Positions 36,510 to 45,757 of a stretch of DNA of 61,917 bases are shown here, in pieces. Location of the stretch: positions 1 to 61,917 of the IMG/VR virus record IMGVR_UViG_3300014839_000001; one strand, 5' to 3'. A program made the position numbers and the translations under genes. Origin of the DNA: a virus (taxonomy: Duplodnaviria > Caudoviricetes). Each line of letters begins with the position of its first letter. The stretch's first letter is position 1. The notes beneath the pieces are model-generated. The model was not told the origin of the DNA, did not search any database, and saw only the letters and a list, made by a program, of their open reading frames with translations.

Positions 36510-36800
36510 CTACGCCTTCGTGTCCGTGAGCTTGCTGACCAGTCCTGTAGCGCCTGTGGGCTTCCACAAGTTACGGTACAGAACTTGCGCTGCAAGATAG
36601 ACGGCAATCAACGAAGTTGCCCAGTTGTGGAGATCAAAATTTCCGCTCACCCAAGTTGTCAAAGCGGAAGCTACAATCGCAATTGCAAATGCGATAACAG
36701 CTTTGACATTCGCGCTCCACTTGACCTGTGTTAGAACGCTAATCAGGAATGGAAGCAGGGCTCCCACAAGAACTGATAGCTGTGCAAGGTTACTTGTCAT
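36510..36800 (-). CDS. Holin-like membrane protein
   Basis: Three hydrophobic segments, LWKPTG motif; lysis region. Confidence 0.7.
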   Translation of the reverse strand: MTSNLAQLSVLVGALLPFLISVLTQVKWSANVKAVIAFAIAIVASALTTWVSGNFDLHNWATSLIAVYLAAQVLYRNLWKPTGATGLVSKLTDTKA

Positions 36801-36837
36801 TTCGCTTCTCCTTCGTCTGTATTGTTACCAAATAAAC

Positions 36838-37422
36838 TCACCAAGGTTTGCATTCCCAAGGCGACCAATCACGACCCGACGCGACGAAGTAGCGATACGC
36901 CGCCACTGCCTGACCTAGCGCTGTGTGTGAATGCCCGTATCGTGAACGCTCACCGCTGCCCATTTGAAATTCGCCCAAATATTGCCCGTTTTGGGCATAA
37001 ACGAAGGGAACGGGACTGCCTCCTTCGCATTTTGCTACTTCCCAAGCGTCATCTCCGTACCTACCAAAAACGTAATGAATGGCAGTGTAAGGGTCTTTGT
37101 ACTTCTTAGCGATTTTCCACTCTTCTGCCGCAAGAGATTTCCAGTGTTTTTTTACATAGCGGAGATACGGGATTGAATCTGATTTCAGGTATTTTTTGGA
37201 ACCCCTAGTACGAATGCTTGGGTACTCCCAAGAAACAGGTGAACGCGCGTCTTGCCACGCCCATACCTTGTTTCGTGTTTGCAGAATGTCGTTCTTGATT
37301 CTTTGCTGCTCCGACCGTACTGCTGTTGTGGTCGGTTGTGTTCTTGCTTGAGCTACCTCGGTTTGGCTGCCAACCAAAGTGAAAACAAAGATGGCAGCCA
37401 TTAGTACGGTGAGCCTGCGCAT
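36838..37422 (-). CDS. Secreted lysozyme-like / Rpf-like lytic transglycosylase
   Basis: Signal peptide ending AQA; VAKCEGG, NGQYLG.FQM, WSPW.C. Confidence 0.7.
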   Translation of the reverse strand: MRRLTVLMAAIFVFTLVGSQTEVAQARTQPTTTAVRSEQQRIKNDILQTRNKVWAWQDARSPVSWEYPSIRTRGSKKYLKSDSIPYLRYVKKHWKSLAAEEWKIAKKYKDPYTAIHYVFGRYGDDAWEVAKCEGGSPVPFVYAQNGQYLGEFQMGSGERSRYGHSHTALGQAVAAYRYFVASGRDWSPWECKPW

Positions 37423-37517
37423 GAAAAACCTCCAATTGTCGCTTACAAGTCGCCGCTAACCGTCAGCGGTGTAGCTTGTTTTGTATTTGGTGCCTCCTTT
37501 TTTGATTTCAATGAAAT

Positions 37518-37670
37518 TCAGACCCATTGAGCGGCTGAAAGAAATGCAACACCAAGCGCCATAAGTTCGAACCCTCCTAACGACTCGATTGTGACGCCAA
37601 GAACAACAAGAATGAAAATTACAGTAGAAACAAATGCCAAGATACGTGGCAAGCTCAAGTTCAAGCTCAT
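37518..37670 (-). CDS. 50-aa two-TM membrane protein (not in ORF track)
   Basis: MSLNLSLPRILAFVSTVIFILVVLGVTIESLGGFELMALGVAFLSAAQWV; GGAGGG RBS. Confidence 0.6.
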   Translation of the reverse strand: MSLNLSLPRILAFVSTVIFILVVLGVTIESLGGFELMALGVAFLSAAQWV

Positions 37671-37672
37671 AG

Positions 37673-38341
37673 TTACCCTCCTGACGGAACGGTTACAGTT
37701 ACGGCCGGTGTCTGGTCAGGCGTGACCGACACAGCGGGTGTACGACTGAGCGACCAGGCCATGACAACAAAAGCGAGGAGCGCCAGAACAAACCCACCTA
37801 CCCCGATCCACACGTTGACATTCTGACGACTCTCCGTGCGAGTGTCCGTAGCGCCTCTTGAGTGGCTTTCTGCCCCATTGATACGCTCTTTCAGGTCATC
37901 GACCTTTTCAGACAGAGAGCGGTTTCTGGACTCGAACATATCAGTAAGCTTGGTGAGCGTTTCCGCCGTCGCTTTCTCTGATTTGTCGATCGCCAACATG
38001 TTCGATTTGTTCTGTTCCGCTGCCGCTTCCTTCTGCGCGGCTAGAGCGGCGTCGAGTGCGATCTTGCTGTCTCTCGATTCACGCTCGGCGCGGGAGTCCC
38101 GCTCCTTGAACTGCAAGGCGATGGAGGCGAAGTGCTCCTCGGTCAGCTCGCGTAGATGGGTAACTTCCTTGGTGACCTCCGTAGGCACCCGGTTGACTGT
38201 CTCATCAAGGAGAGCTGTAGCCCGATCCATCCCGGCCAGTCGCTCTGCAAACACCTTGACCGATGCTTCGGTTAGAGCGCGTTCGGCCTCAAACCGCCGG
38301 TCAAGAGAATCAGTTTGTTTGACCATTTCTTCAGGACTCAT
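37673..38341 (-). CDS. Coiled-coil membrane protein (lysis region)
   Basis: Coiled coil plus C-terminal TM. Confidence 0.65.
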   Translation of the reverse strand: MSPEEMVKQTDSLDRRFEAERALTEASVKVFAERLAGMDRATALLDETVNRVPTEVTKEVTHLRELTEEHFASIALQFKERDSRAERESRDSKIALDAALAAQKEAAAEQNKSNMLAIDKSEKATAETLTKLTDMFESRNRSLSEKVDDLKERINGAESHSRGATDTRTESRQNVNVWIGVGGFVLALLAFVVMAWSLSRTPAVSVTPDQTPAVTVTVPSGG

Positions 38342-38354
38342 TTACCACTCCTTT

Positions 38355-38942
38355 TCAACTTGCTGCCGGGACTTCAGCGGTTGACAAGTAAGGGCAATGC
38401 CCTTCAAGGTTGTCCACAACCTTTGTCAACGTATCTGTGGCTTTGACTAATGCTGATGATTGCGAAATTGCAGTAGTTTCACGCGCCAACAACCGTTCCA
38501 ACGCTTCGGTAGCAGCTTGCACTGCTTTTGCGGTAGCAAGGTCGCGTTTTTTTGCTCCGCTATCATGCGCCTTGAGTATTTTCAAAAGACCCGTCATGTT
38601 GGGCAGTTTTTCTGCGGTCGCAAGCCGTTCTCGAAGTTCGACCAACAGGGCATCGCGCTCATCGAGCTTTTGCCTGTACTCTGCTGAAACTACCTGAGAT
38701 ACACCAAGACGGGCCTCTTGCGCACTGGCCAAATGCTTTACCGCAATATACGCATCATGTTCTGCGTCTGCTGCTGTTTTCCATTTCACTCCATAGAAAA
38801 CGCCAACGAGTGAACCAATTGACAAAAATAGTCCTATAACTAACCCGAGTATGCCCAGTTTGTCACGCAAAGTCAACGCCGCTACAAAGCCAGGAAAAGC
38901 TGAAGCTGCAACTGCTGGAACGAATAACGGTGCGGGAATCAC
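38355..38942 (-). CDS. Membrane/coiled-coil protein (lysis region)
   Basis: N-terminal TMs. Confidence 0.6.
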   Translation of the reverse strand: MIPAPLFVPAVAASAFPGFVAALTLRDKLGILGLVIGLFLSIGSLVGVFYGVKWKTAADAEHDAYIAVKHLASAQEARLGVSQVVSAEYRQKLDERDALLVELRERLATAEKLPNMTGLLKILKAHDSGAKKRDLATAKAVQAATEALERLLARETTAISQSSALVKATDTLTKVVDNLEGHCPYLSTAEVPAAS

Positions 38943-38954
38943 ATTCTCTCCTTG

Positions 38955-39668
38955 TTATTTCGTGCAACGCACAAATTCAGTGACATCTGAAAGTTTGCGT
39001 TCCCGTTGTTGTACTTCGCCGCCGTTTGAGTCGTTTCCTGCCGATGTGTTCCCTTCGCGTGCAAAGAAAGTCACGCCGGGCTCGATCCATTTTTCAAACA
39101 TTCCGATGTGCTTCCCGCCCCAGTAAATGACAAAATCGCCGGGTCGAACTTCGCTTCTCGAAACGGTAATCAGATTGTTGCGCCTTGATCGTGCATCGTT
39201 GAGCACATACGGAACATAGGCGTAGTGAAAATGAAACCCAACCTTGCTTGCGCACCAACTGAGGAACATAGCGCACCACGGGCCAATCAGTTTGTACCAA
39301 ATAGAGAATTTCACAATGTTCGAGTTAGCTGGGGACTCCTTGATTCCAGTCTGACTTATTGCGACCTGAAGCATTTTCATGTGCTTGCTAATCGCCTTCG
39401 TCGCCTTCTTGACCCGAGACTTTGCCCGAGCCCGCATTGCTAGGTTGGGCTTCTTCTTGCCGGACAGGTAAGCAAGAATGAGATCGCCAGCCTGATTGTT
39501 GACAGTGCGATAGCCAAGAGCATATTTGGCGTCTTTGACGGCGCGAGCTGTCTCAGGGCCATAAACGCCGTCAACCGCGCCCTTCAGGTACTTCTTGGTT
39601 TTCAACCAGTTTTGAAGAACCTTGACATTGTGGCCTTCCATGTACGGGGTTGTCAGTCTAAGATCCAT
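38955..39668 (-). CDS. Endolysin: peptidoglycan-binding domain + CHAP peptidase
   Basis: V..LQ..L...DGVYGPET..AV; PWCAMFLSWC, PGD, HIG, EGNT. Confidence 0.88.
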   Translation of the reverse strand: MDLRLTTPYMEGHNVKVLQNWLKTKKYLKGAVDGVYGPETARAVKDAKYALGYRTVNNQAGDLILAYLSGKKKPNLAMRARAKSRVKKATKAISKHMKMLQVAISQTGIKESPANSNIVKFSIWYKLIGPWCAMFLSWCASKVGFHFHYAYVPYVLNDARSRRNNLITVSRSEVRPGDFVIYWGGKHIGMFEKWIEPGVTFFAREGNTSAGNDSNGGEVQQRERKLSDVTEFVRCTK

Positions 39669-39828
39669 TTTCCGCCTCCTTTTCAAGCCGATCATTTTCA
39701 ATGTCGGCAATTATCCGTCTTGCTTGTTGCAGTTCTTCTTTGGTTTTTGCCAGCTCGTTTTCAAGAAGTCTATTTTTCACAGTTTGTTCACCGATGATGA
39801 GAATCAAATCCTGTTTTTCCAATTCCAT
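39658..39828 (-). CDS. 56-aa coiled-coil protein (not in ORF track)
   Basis: AAGGAG RBS; MELEKQDLILIIGEQ... Confidence 0.55.
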   Translation of the reverse strand: MELEKQDLILIIGEQTVKNRLLENELAKTKEELQQARRIIADIENDRLEKEAENGS

Positions 39829-39846
39829 TTCCGTCTCCTTTGTCAG

Positions 39847-40602
39847 CTAGGCGAGTTCGTAGATGATCTGGCCCCAAGCGCTCTTGGCCCCAGGGTTAGT
39901 CCATACAGGTGTCACGGTGGTATAGGCTGGGTCGCAAGTAATACTGGCGCTAGAGGCGGCAACGTAGACACTGGTTGGGATGTAGTGAGTATCGTTATCC
40001 AGACCCGCTCCAGCAGCGAAGGCATTACGAGCGCTAGAGTTACCAAGCGCGGGGGTAGAGAACGATACGGTCGTAGCGTTACTTGTCCCGCTGATTTGGT
40101 AATTCACTATTACCGTCTTCGTTCCAACCCGCAAGTAAGAACACGCGACCGTCCGCCCCGACGTAGCCCATCCCGTAATCGTCGCCGGGGTATAGGGCGT
40201 CCAGGCCATCGTGTTGTTCATGATTCCGACCCAAACTCGCGCTCCATCTGTACCAACATTCCATTCGTATTGATTGGTCGTAGTGTTGAGAATTACAAGA
40301 CCGTAAGGGGCTTTTCCAGCCGCAATTGCGTCACGCGCTGTTGTAGTGAAAGTTCCACCGATAACCCCGCCCAACCCGCGAATAATTTCATCGACTCGCA
40401 GCATGCCGGTAAGGCGTGCCTCGCCCGCGCCGTAACGAAGAAGCTGAAGCCCAGTCTCGCCCAACCGCAATGTTCCTACATCGACGGTCTGTGCGAAGTT
40501 TGACAAGTCAGCCCACGCGTCTTGCATCGCAAGCAAGTCGCCCGCATACAGACGGCCAAGGGGCGCAATCCCTGTGCTGTCAAACTCTTTAATTCTGGAC
40601 AT
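39847..40602 (-). CDS. Tail fibre-like protein
   Basis: Follows baseplate genes; TT..RDAI...GL..NTTT..YEW and WT.YTP...Y.RVG motifs. Confidence 0.65.
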   Translation of the reverse strand: MSRIKEFDSTGIAPLGRLYAGDLLAMQDAWADLSNFAQTVDVGTLRLGETGLQLLRYGAGEARLTGMLRVDEIIRGLGGVIGGTFTTTARDAIAAGKAPYGLVILNTTTNQYEWNVGTDGARVWVGIMNNTMAWTPYTPATITGWATSGRTVACSYLRVGTKTVIVNYQISGTSNATTVSFSTPALGNSSARNAFAAGAGLDNDTHYIPTSVYVAASSASITCDPAYTTVTPVWTNPGAKSAWGQIIYELA

Positions 40603-40618
40603 TTTTCACACCCCTTTT

Positions 40619-41236
40619 TTAGTATAACGTTGCTTGCGTGTTGTCAACAGTGAATGACAAACCCGCCGGAAGAATCATATTCATTTCACGCGTCATGGCA
40701 TCGATCGACGGCGTGATACTACTGACAATGTAAATGACAAAACTAAAATCTTCTATATCTTCATCTACTCGATAAGCAAGTGAAATGTCAGAAAGCTCGC
40801 CCCACAATTGAATGCCGTCTGCTACAAGTGGCAGACCCGCAGGAGTCAGACGCGCAGACTCACCACCAAGAGTGGCTTGAATGAACTTTTCAATGATAGC
40901 GTTTCTTCGAGGACGAGTGAATGCGCCCCACTGCATTTTTGTGGCCAGAATTGCGCGACGACTTTCGATTGACATTCCGGCTGGTTCGATTGAAGCGCCC
41001 AACTCTTCTTCCCACAATGACAAATACGTGGACGCGGTACAGATGAACATTTCAAAGTACAACTCAGTCAGTTCATCTGCGCCGTCTTCCTGAAGAACGT
41101 CACAAAAAACCTTTCGCACTTGCCCGATGTTTGAGTCTTGGTTTTCAGGCCACAGACCAGTGGGTGAGCTTTCGACAAAGCTCAGCTCGATGTCGGTCGG
41201 AACCTCTTCTGCCGGAAGTGTTGGGAAGGTAGACAT
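40619..41236 (-). CDS. Baseplate wedge protein (gpI/DUF2313-like)
   Basis: LSLWEEELG...RRA.L; PAGL. Confidence 0.7.
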   Translation of the reverse strand: MSTFPTLPAEEVPTDIELSFVESSPTGLWPENQDSNIGQVRKVFCDVLQEDGADELTELYFEMFICTASTYLSLWEEELGASIEPAGMSIESRRAILATKMQWGAFTRPRRNAIIEKFIQATLGGESARLTPAGLPLVADGIQLWGELSDISLAYRVDEDIEDFSFVIYIVSSITPSIDAMTREMNMILPAGLSFTVDNTQATLY

Positions 41237-41244
41237 TGTTCTCC

Positions 41245-42660
41245 TTACGACGTAACGGTAATAGTTCCGATGACGGGTTTTTCGGTAGCTGCTGAGGTTT
41301 GGTTAGAACCAGGAGTAGTTACCACCAATGTCAAAACGCCAGGAACATCGCCAAACACCGCGTCTGTAATTCCAGCAACATAGACCGTTTCGTGTACGGC
41401 AACTCCGTTGACATAAGCAGTAACCGCCGCTTCTACCCCTGCTGTAACATCTGCCAACGCATATCCAGTGTCGAGCGTAACCGTAACAGCAACATTGATT
41501 GTCTTGGGTGTAAACGTAGCCACATGAATTGTCATGTTCGCAATGTCAAGAGCCTCAAGTGCTGCAAGCACTTCTGCCTGCTTTGGAGCGTCTGGAACGG
41601 TTCCGCCAGGGCCGACAATGTAAACAGTTACATGCCCGTTTGTCGGCGTTACCCCGTTCATGTTTGAAAATGCCGTAGCCTGATCGACACCGTAAATTTC
41701 TTCAGCCCATGCTTCGAGATCGCTGATCGAACCTGATTTTGGGCTCCTAATGTGATCGAGAAGCCGAAGCCGGTACACTTCCATGTCTTCAGGATCGCCG
41801 CCACCTGTAAACGCCGCGATGTTCGTTACATCTGTCACGCCATCCGGCACATCAGCAATTTCAATGACCGCACCAATGGCGACGTTGTAAGCAAGCCCCA
41901 CATCGTCTGACTGAGCGGTAACTGTAATACGTTCTGCCGTCGAGACAGCAGGGACGGCACCAACCGGCGTTGCAGTGTTGTCCAGATACCCCGTAGTCGC
42001 ATTGTCAATGATCGTCGTAAGAAACGCAAAAGCACCGCCGTTCACCGCTCGGTATATTTTGCGGTGCAATGTTCCCGCACCACCTGTCGGGATATTTGAC
42101 AAAGTGATCTTGTGCGCCAGTGCGGTTGTCACAGGAGTAGAGACGAGCCCAGGAAGTGTTTCACCCTCGGTCGTTGTAAATGTCACGGCGTATTCATAGG
42201 TTCCTGCAACTGGATTGCCGCCAACCGCCGAATCAACGGCGGTGAGTGCATCAGGAATACCAGGATCAGGAATTGTCGCTTCTTCAGTTGTAACAAAGTA
42301 AAGTATGTCGTCATCAGTGACCGTCACGCAAGCCGACGAACCTTCAGGAATGACCGTTCCGCCACTTCCTGAAAACAGTAGATTGCCAGCAGACGGTGTA
42401 CCATCTTTGAGAGGCAGGCCGTATTCGTCGCCTTTCAATTCGAGGGTTGAAATTCCTGCGCGTTGAATGAACATATCATCGCGCAGAAGTTGGTTAGCAA
42501 GATACACGCCTTCAAGTTCAGCCGCAAAGACTTCACAGAAGATGCGGAAGACGCCATCCTCTTCTGTCCAAATGTCAGGAATGCGGGCTTGAAATCGCTG
42601 GATCAATGAAGCAACGATTTCGTCCTTGGTCTTGTAGATCAACAATGCTTCTAGTCCCAT
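41245..42660 (-). CDS. Baseplate J-like protein
   Basis: GT.IP.G, FTGGGDPE....R.R, G...D..WA. Confidence 0.88.
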   Translation of the reverse strand: MGLEALLIYKTKDEIVASLIQRFQARIPDIWTEEDGVFRIFCEVFAAELEGVYLANQLLRDDMFIQRAGISTLELKGDEYGLPLKDGTPSAGNLLFSGSGGTVIPEGSSACVTVTDDDILYFVTTEEATIPDPGIPDALTAVDSAVGGNPVAGTYEYAVTFTTTEGETLPGLVSTPVTTALAHKITLSNIPTGGAGTLHRKIYRAVNGGAFAFLTTIIDNATTGYLDNTATPVGAVPAVSTAERITVTAQSDDVGLAYNVAIGAVIEIADVPDGVTDVTNIAAFTGGGDPEDMEVYRLRLLDHIRSPKSGSISDLEAWAEEIYGVDQATAFSNMNGVTPTNGHVTVYIVGPGGTVPDAPKQAEVLAALEALDIANMTIHVATFTPKTINVAVTVTLDTGYALADVTAGVEAAVTAYVNGVAVHETVYVAGITDAVFGDVPGVLTLVVTTPGSNQTSAATEKPVIGTITVTS

Positions 42661-42669
42661 GAAATCCTC

Positions 42670-43071
42670 CTAAAGTGGAAGGTCAAAATCGATGATTTGC
42701 GTTTCACCAACGACATCAGAATCGTCTGACGTAGAAGGTTGAATTTCAAGCGAAACTTTCAGGGCGTTCGGGTCGGTATCACTTTCGTTTACCATCACGC
42801 TCACAATCTCAATGTCATCCATCGGCGCAAGAGCTTCCTCGATGAACGCGCTCGTCTCTAACAGGAGCCGCGATCTTGGAAGATGCAAAGCCGCTCGGAG
42901 CCTGCTGCCGAGTAAACCGTCAGAAGGGTCATTGACCCACCCTTGCTCTATACGAAGCCGTACACGAGCGCGCTGTGCTGTCACGGCGTCTTCTGTGACC
43001 GTCTGGAAGTCCAAGTTAGGCCCAAACAGCAAATCGCCGGTAGCTGGGTCAATAGCGAGATCAACTGCCAT
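42670..43071 (-). CDS. Baseplate wedge / sheath initiator (gp25-like)
   Basis: GDL..., Q..R.RL..., GSRL; position. Confidence 0.7.
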   Translation of the reverse strand: MAVDLAIDPATGDLLFGPNLDFQTVTEDAVTAQRARVRLRIEQGWVNDPSDGLLGSRLRAALHLPRSRLLLETSAFIEEALAPMDDIEIVSVMVNESDTDPNALKVSLEIQPSTSDDSDVVGETQIIDFDLPL

Positions 43072-43077
43072 TCTTTT

Positions 43078-43422
43078 TCACTCTCCTACATATCCTGTTG
43101 ACAAGATGACTCCAACGCATTTAGATAAGCGATTTTCACCGGATTGTTTAAGTACCGCGACCGTATCTCCTACACTTGGAACGTCATAATCAATTTCAAT
43201 TCTTTTTGATTGAGCTGCGCCATTTGCGTCTTTTTCAAGATACCGAAGATAACCCCGAAAGCCAACGAGCGGAATTGGCTGATCCCCAAGTTCCTCAAGC
43301 CAAACCAACTTCCTCTTTGCGTCGCTTTTGATTACACGTCCGCAAACAATTTCGCTGGGCGCTTGCGATGAACTTACTACTTCAAAGATTAACCGCAATG
43401 TTTCGTCTCTGTTCATTGTCAA
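43078..43422 (-). CDS. Baseplate spike-like protein
   Basis: P.VGDTV.VL motif; position. Confidence 0.55.
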   Translation of the reverse strand: MTMNRDETLRLIFEVVSSSQAPSEIVCGRVIKSDAKRKLVWLEELGDQPIPLVGFRGYLRYLEKDANGAAQSKRIEIDYDVPSVGDTVAVLKQSGENRLSKCVGVILSTGYVGE

Positions 43423-45605
43423 TCACCCGCCGAGGAGTCTTTCCATTGCACAACACGTCGGGCACCATCATAATGTTCTCGATAATAGCCGCTGTTCAGA
43501 GCTGAAATTTTGACTACATCACCAGCGTGCGGTGCTTGAAGAAAATGTCCGTTACCGAGATAAATGCCCATGTGCGATTGGTTGTTGAAAAACACCAAGT
43601 CGCCTATAAGCAATTGATCCTTTGTTATATGCTTGAAATTGGAATTGTTCCAGTCCGTATACGTGTTCCCCAATGATACCGGAAAACCAGCGTCCGCGTA
43701 CATCGCATGCGCAAGTCCAGAACAGTCAAATGAACTTGGCCCTCTGGCTCCCCACTCATACGGCTTGCCAAGTTGTCTGAGCCCGTAGTGAATTGCCTTT
43801 TTTACATAGTTAGGAGCCTTCTTCGGAACTTGCACTGTAACCATATTTCCTGATTCGTCAGCCACGTTGTACTCACTTGACATTGTGAGTTTACCCGTTT
43901 TGGTAACATCTTTTGTTACTGCGGCATATTTGCTTTTCCAGACAGTGAAAACTTTCTTGCGATACGCTTGAGCACGAGGGCCAGAACCGTTATACCGCTC
44001 GACGCCGATCCAGATATTCGCATCCACTTGCGGGTCGAGTCCAGTCAATTTTCCGGCGAAGGCTTTAGCCCCAGCTCGAATGTTGCACGAAGGCATCCAT
44101 CGACCACCACTGTACTCGTCATGGCTCTTTCCGTATTTGTCAGCTTGCTCCTTGTAGCTCGCCGTAGTGAGTTGCATTGGGCCAACGCCAGCTTCGCGGC
44201 TGAATGGGTTAAGCTTGTTTCCGGCTTTGTTGGCAAAGAGACTTTTCCACTCATTGATTTTTTCGCTAGACGGTACTGGGTAGTCGCCGTATGGCCCTTT
44301 TTTAAGAACAGTGTCACTTGGCTTTTTGTACCACTCAGTATCCCCGCCTTCTCTGACATTTTTGAAATTTCCTTCGCAATTACAAATAGCAAGCAGCACA
44401 CCAAGGAACAAGGTGTAGTCCCAGCCTCCGTGAAATTCTTGAGCGGCAGAAGCAAAAGCGTCGCCCCAGCGAATACCGGAAGACGAAAGAGCCCCGCCCG
44501 CGTCAGAAGGGGTAATTGTATCGCCAGGGTCTTTGACTATTTCAGGATCGTCAGGAACGCGTTTTGTAATTGCGAACTGCTTTTCTCTGAGTCTGATCGT
44601 TTGCGTATAACCATCAGTGCCACCTTCTAACTTTGTTCCAACGACAAAGTACATTCCGACGATACCGATCTCGGGAAAATTCACCATCGCCATTCGGTTC
44701 TGTTTTATCAGCGTACCAAGGATGCTATGCGGAATAGTGATTTCAATTTCAAATGCGCCTACTTTGCCTTCGAAGATTTCCTCCCACGCTTCTTTCACGG
44801 CTTCAGTTTTGTTCTTTGACTTGGTAGACGTGATTATTTTCAACGGCTGTTTAGTCCACGAGTTGATCGTTCGATCAATGGCTCGGCCACGAAAACCAAT
44901 CAGGTTGCTCGAACCTGTGCCGCCACCTGACCGTGTGCCAAACACCCAAACTTCTCCGAGCCTGCCTTGCGCTGACTTCGTGATTTTCAAAGTCTCGATC
45001 GGAATCCAACGTTTGTCAGTTTTACCGACTTTGGGCCAACCAAAGTAATACGACGGCGACCCACTGTAGTTCAGCTTGTCGGCAATGAGCCTGCCGGTGG
45101 AATCAACCCACAACCACATCTTGCGGTGGCTGTATAGCCGGTACCACGATTCCCAATACGATTCTGAACCCGTTCGATAGAACTTTGAGATTGCTTTCAC
45201 AGGCGTCAATTTCAATCGACTGATGCCAAGCAGTTTTGCTTCGTTGGCGACAAGTACGTGCGGTCGTACTTTCTTTTTCATGCCAGGAGGAGCTTGCGAA
45301 TCAGTAGCAACGCAGCTAATATCACGCCCCGCAATCGAAAGCATCCCGTTTTCATAAACTACCATGTCGGAAATTCCGCTGTGAAGCTGTTCAGCCTTGT
45401 CGGTGAAAATGTTTGCGCGTACTTCGTTGTCTCGAACCAAAAACTCTCTGACATTCAGAAGCGTCGGCGGTCGAACGTCAATGCTGAAAACATCGGCGTC
45501 AGTATCCATTGCTGACTCGATCGAGAACGCTTCCACGCGGCAAGCGGCGTACTGCTTGAAGCCCTGTTTACCCATCGCTATCGATATGATGGTGTTCAAG
45601 TTCAT
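43419..45605 (-). CDS. Baseplate hub fused to lysozyme-like and NlpC/P60 domains
   Basis: N-terminal AD.F..GRD hub; CEGNF, GVGPMQL, NI.AG, YNG; GKPYEWG...FDCSGL, HMGIY. Confidence 0.85.
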   Translation of the reverse strand: MNLNTIISIAMGKQGFKQYAACRVEAFSIESAMDTDADVFSIDVRPPTLLNVREFLVRDNEVRANIFTDKAEQLHSGISDMVVYENGMLSIAGRDISCVATDSQAPPGMKKKVRPHVLVANEAKLLGISRLKLTPVKAISKFYRTGSESYWESWYRLYSHRKMWLWVDSTGRLIADKLNYSGSPSYYFGWPKVGKTDKRWIPIETLKITKSAQGRLGEVWVFGTRSGGGTGSSNLIGFRGRAIDRTINSWTKQPLKIITSTKSKNKTEAVKEAWEEIFEGKVGAFEIEITIPHSILGTLIKQNRMAMVNFPEIGIVGMYFVVGTKLEGGTDGYTQTIRLREKQFAITKRVPDDPEIVKDPGDTITPSDAGGALSSSGIRWGDAFASAAQEFHGGWDYTLFLGVLLAICNCEGNFKNVREGGDTEWYKKPSDTVLKKGPYGDYPVPSSEKINEWKSLFANKAGNKLNPFSREAGVGPMQLTTASYKEQADKYGKSHDEYSGGRWMPSCNIRAGAKAFAGKLTGLDPQVDANIWIGVERYNGSGPRAQAYRKKVFTVWKSKYAAVTKDVTKTGKLTMSSEYNVADESGNMVTVQVPKKAPNYVKKAIHYGLRQLGKPYEWGARGPSSFDCSGLAHAMYADAGFPVSLGNTYTDWNNSNFKHITKDQLLIGDLVFFNNQSHMGIYLGNGHFLQAPHAGDVVKISALNSGYYREHYDGARRVVQWKDSSAGD

Positions 45606-45757
45606 CTTCCGCGAACCTCATCGCAAATTTCATCGAACTTCTGGATTTTCAAACTTTTCGGGGCTCGGGGATTGCTTCGCAACCAACGCTTGAATTGAAT
45701 AGCGGTGCGTTGCTCCATTGTCGTGATCTTGCTTTTTGTGGCAAAGGAGGTTGCCAT
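45602..45757 (-). CDS. 51-aa protein (not in ORF track)
   Basis: Translationally coupled at both ends. Confidence 0.45.
   Translation of the reverse strand: MATSFATKSKITTMEQRTAIQFKRWLRSNPRAPKSLKIQKFDEICDEVRGR

Noticed and set aside
37423-37517. c-di-AMP (ydaO) riboswitch before the Rpf-like gene
   Set aside because: Region too short and the conserved ydaO motifs are not present
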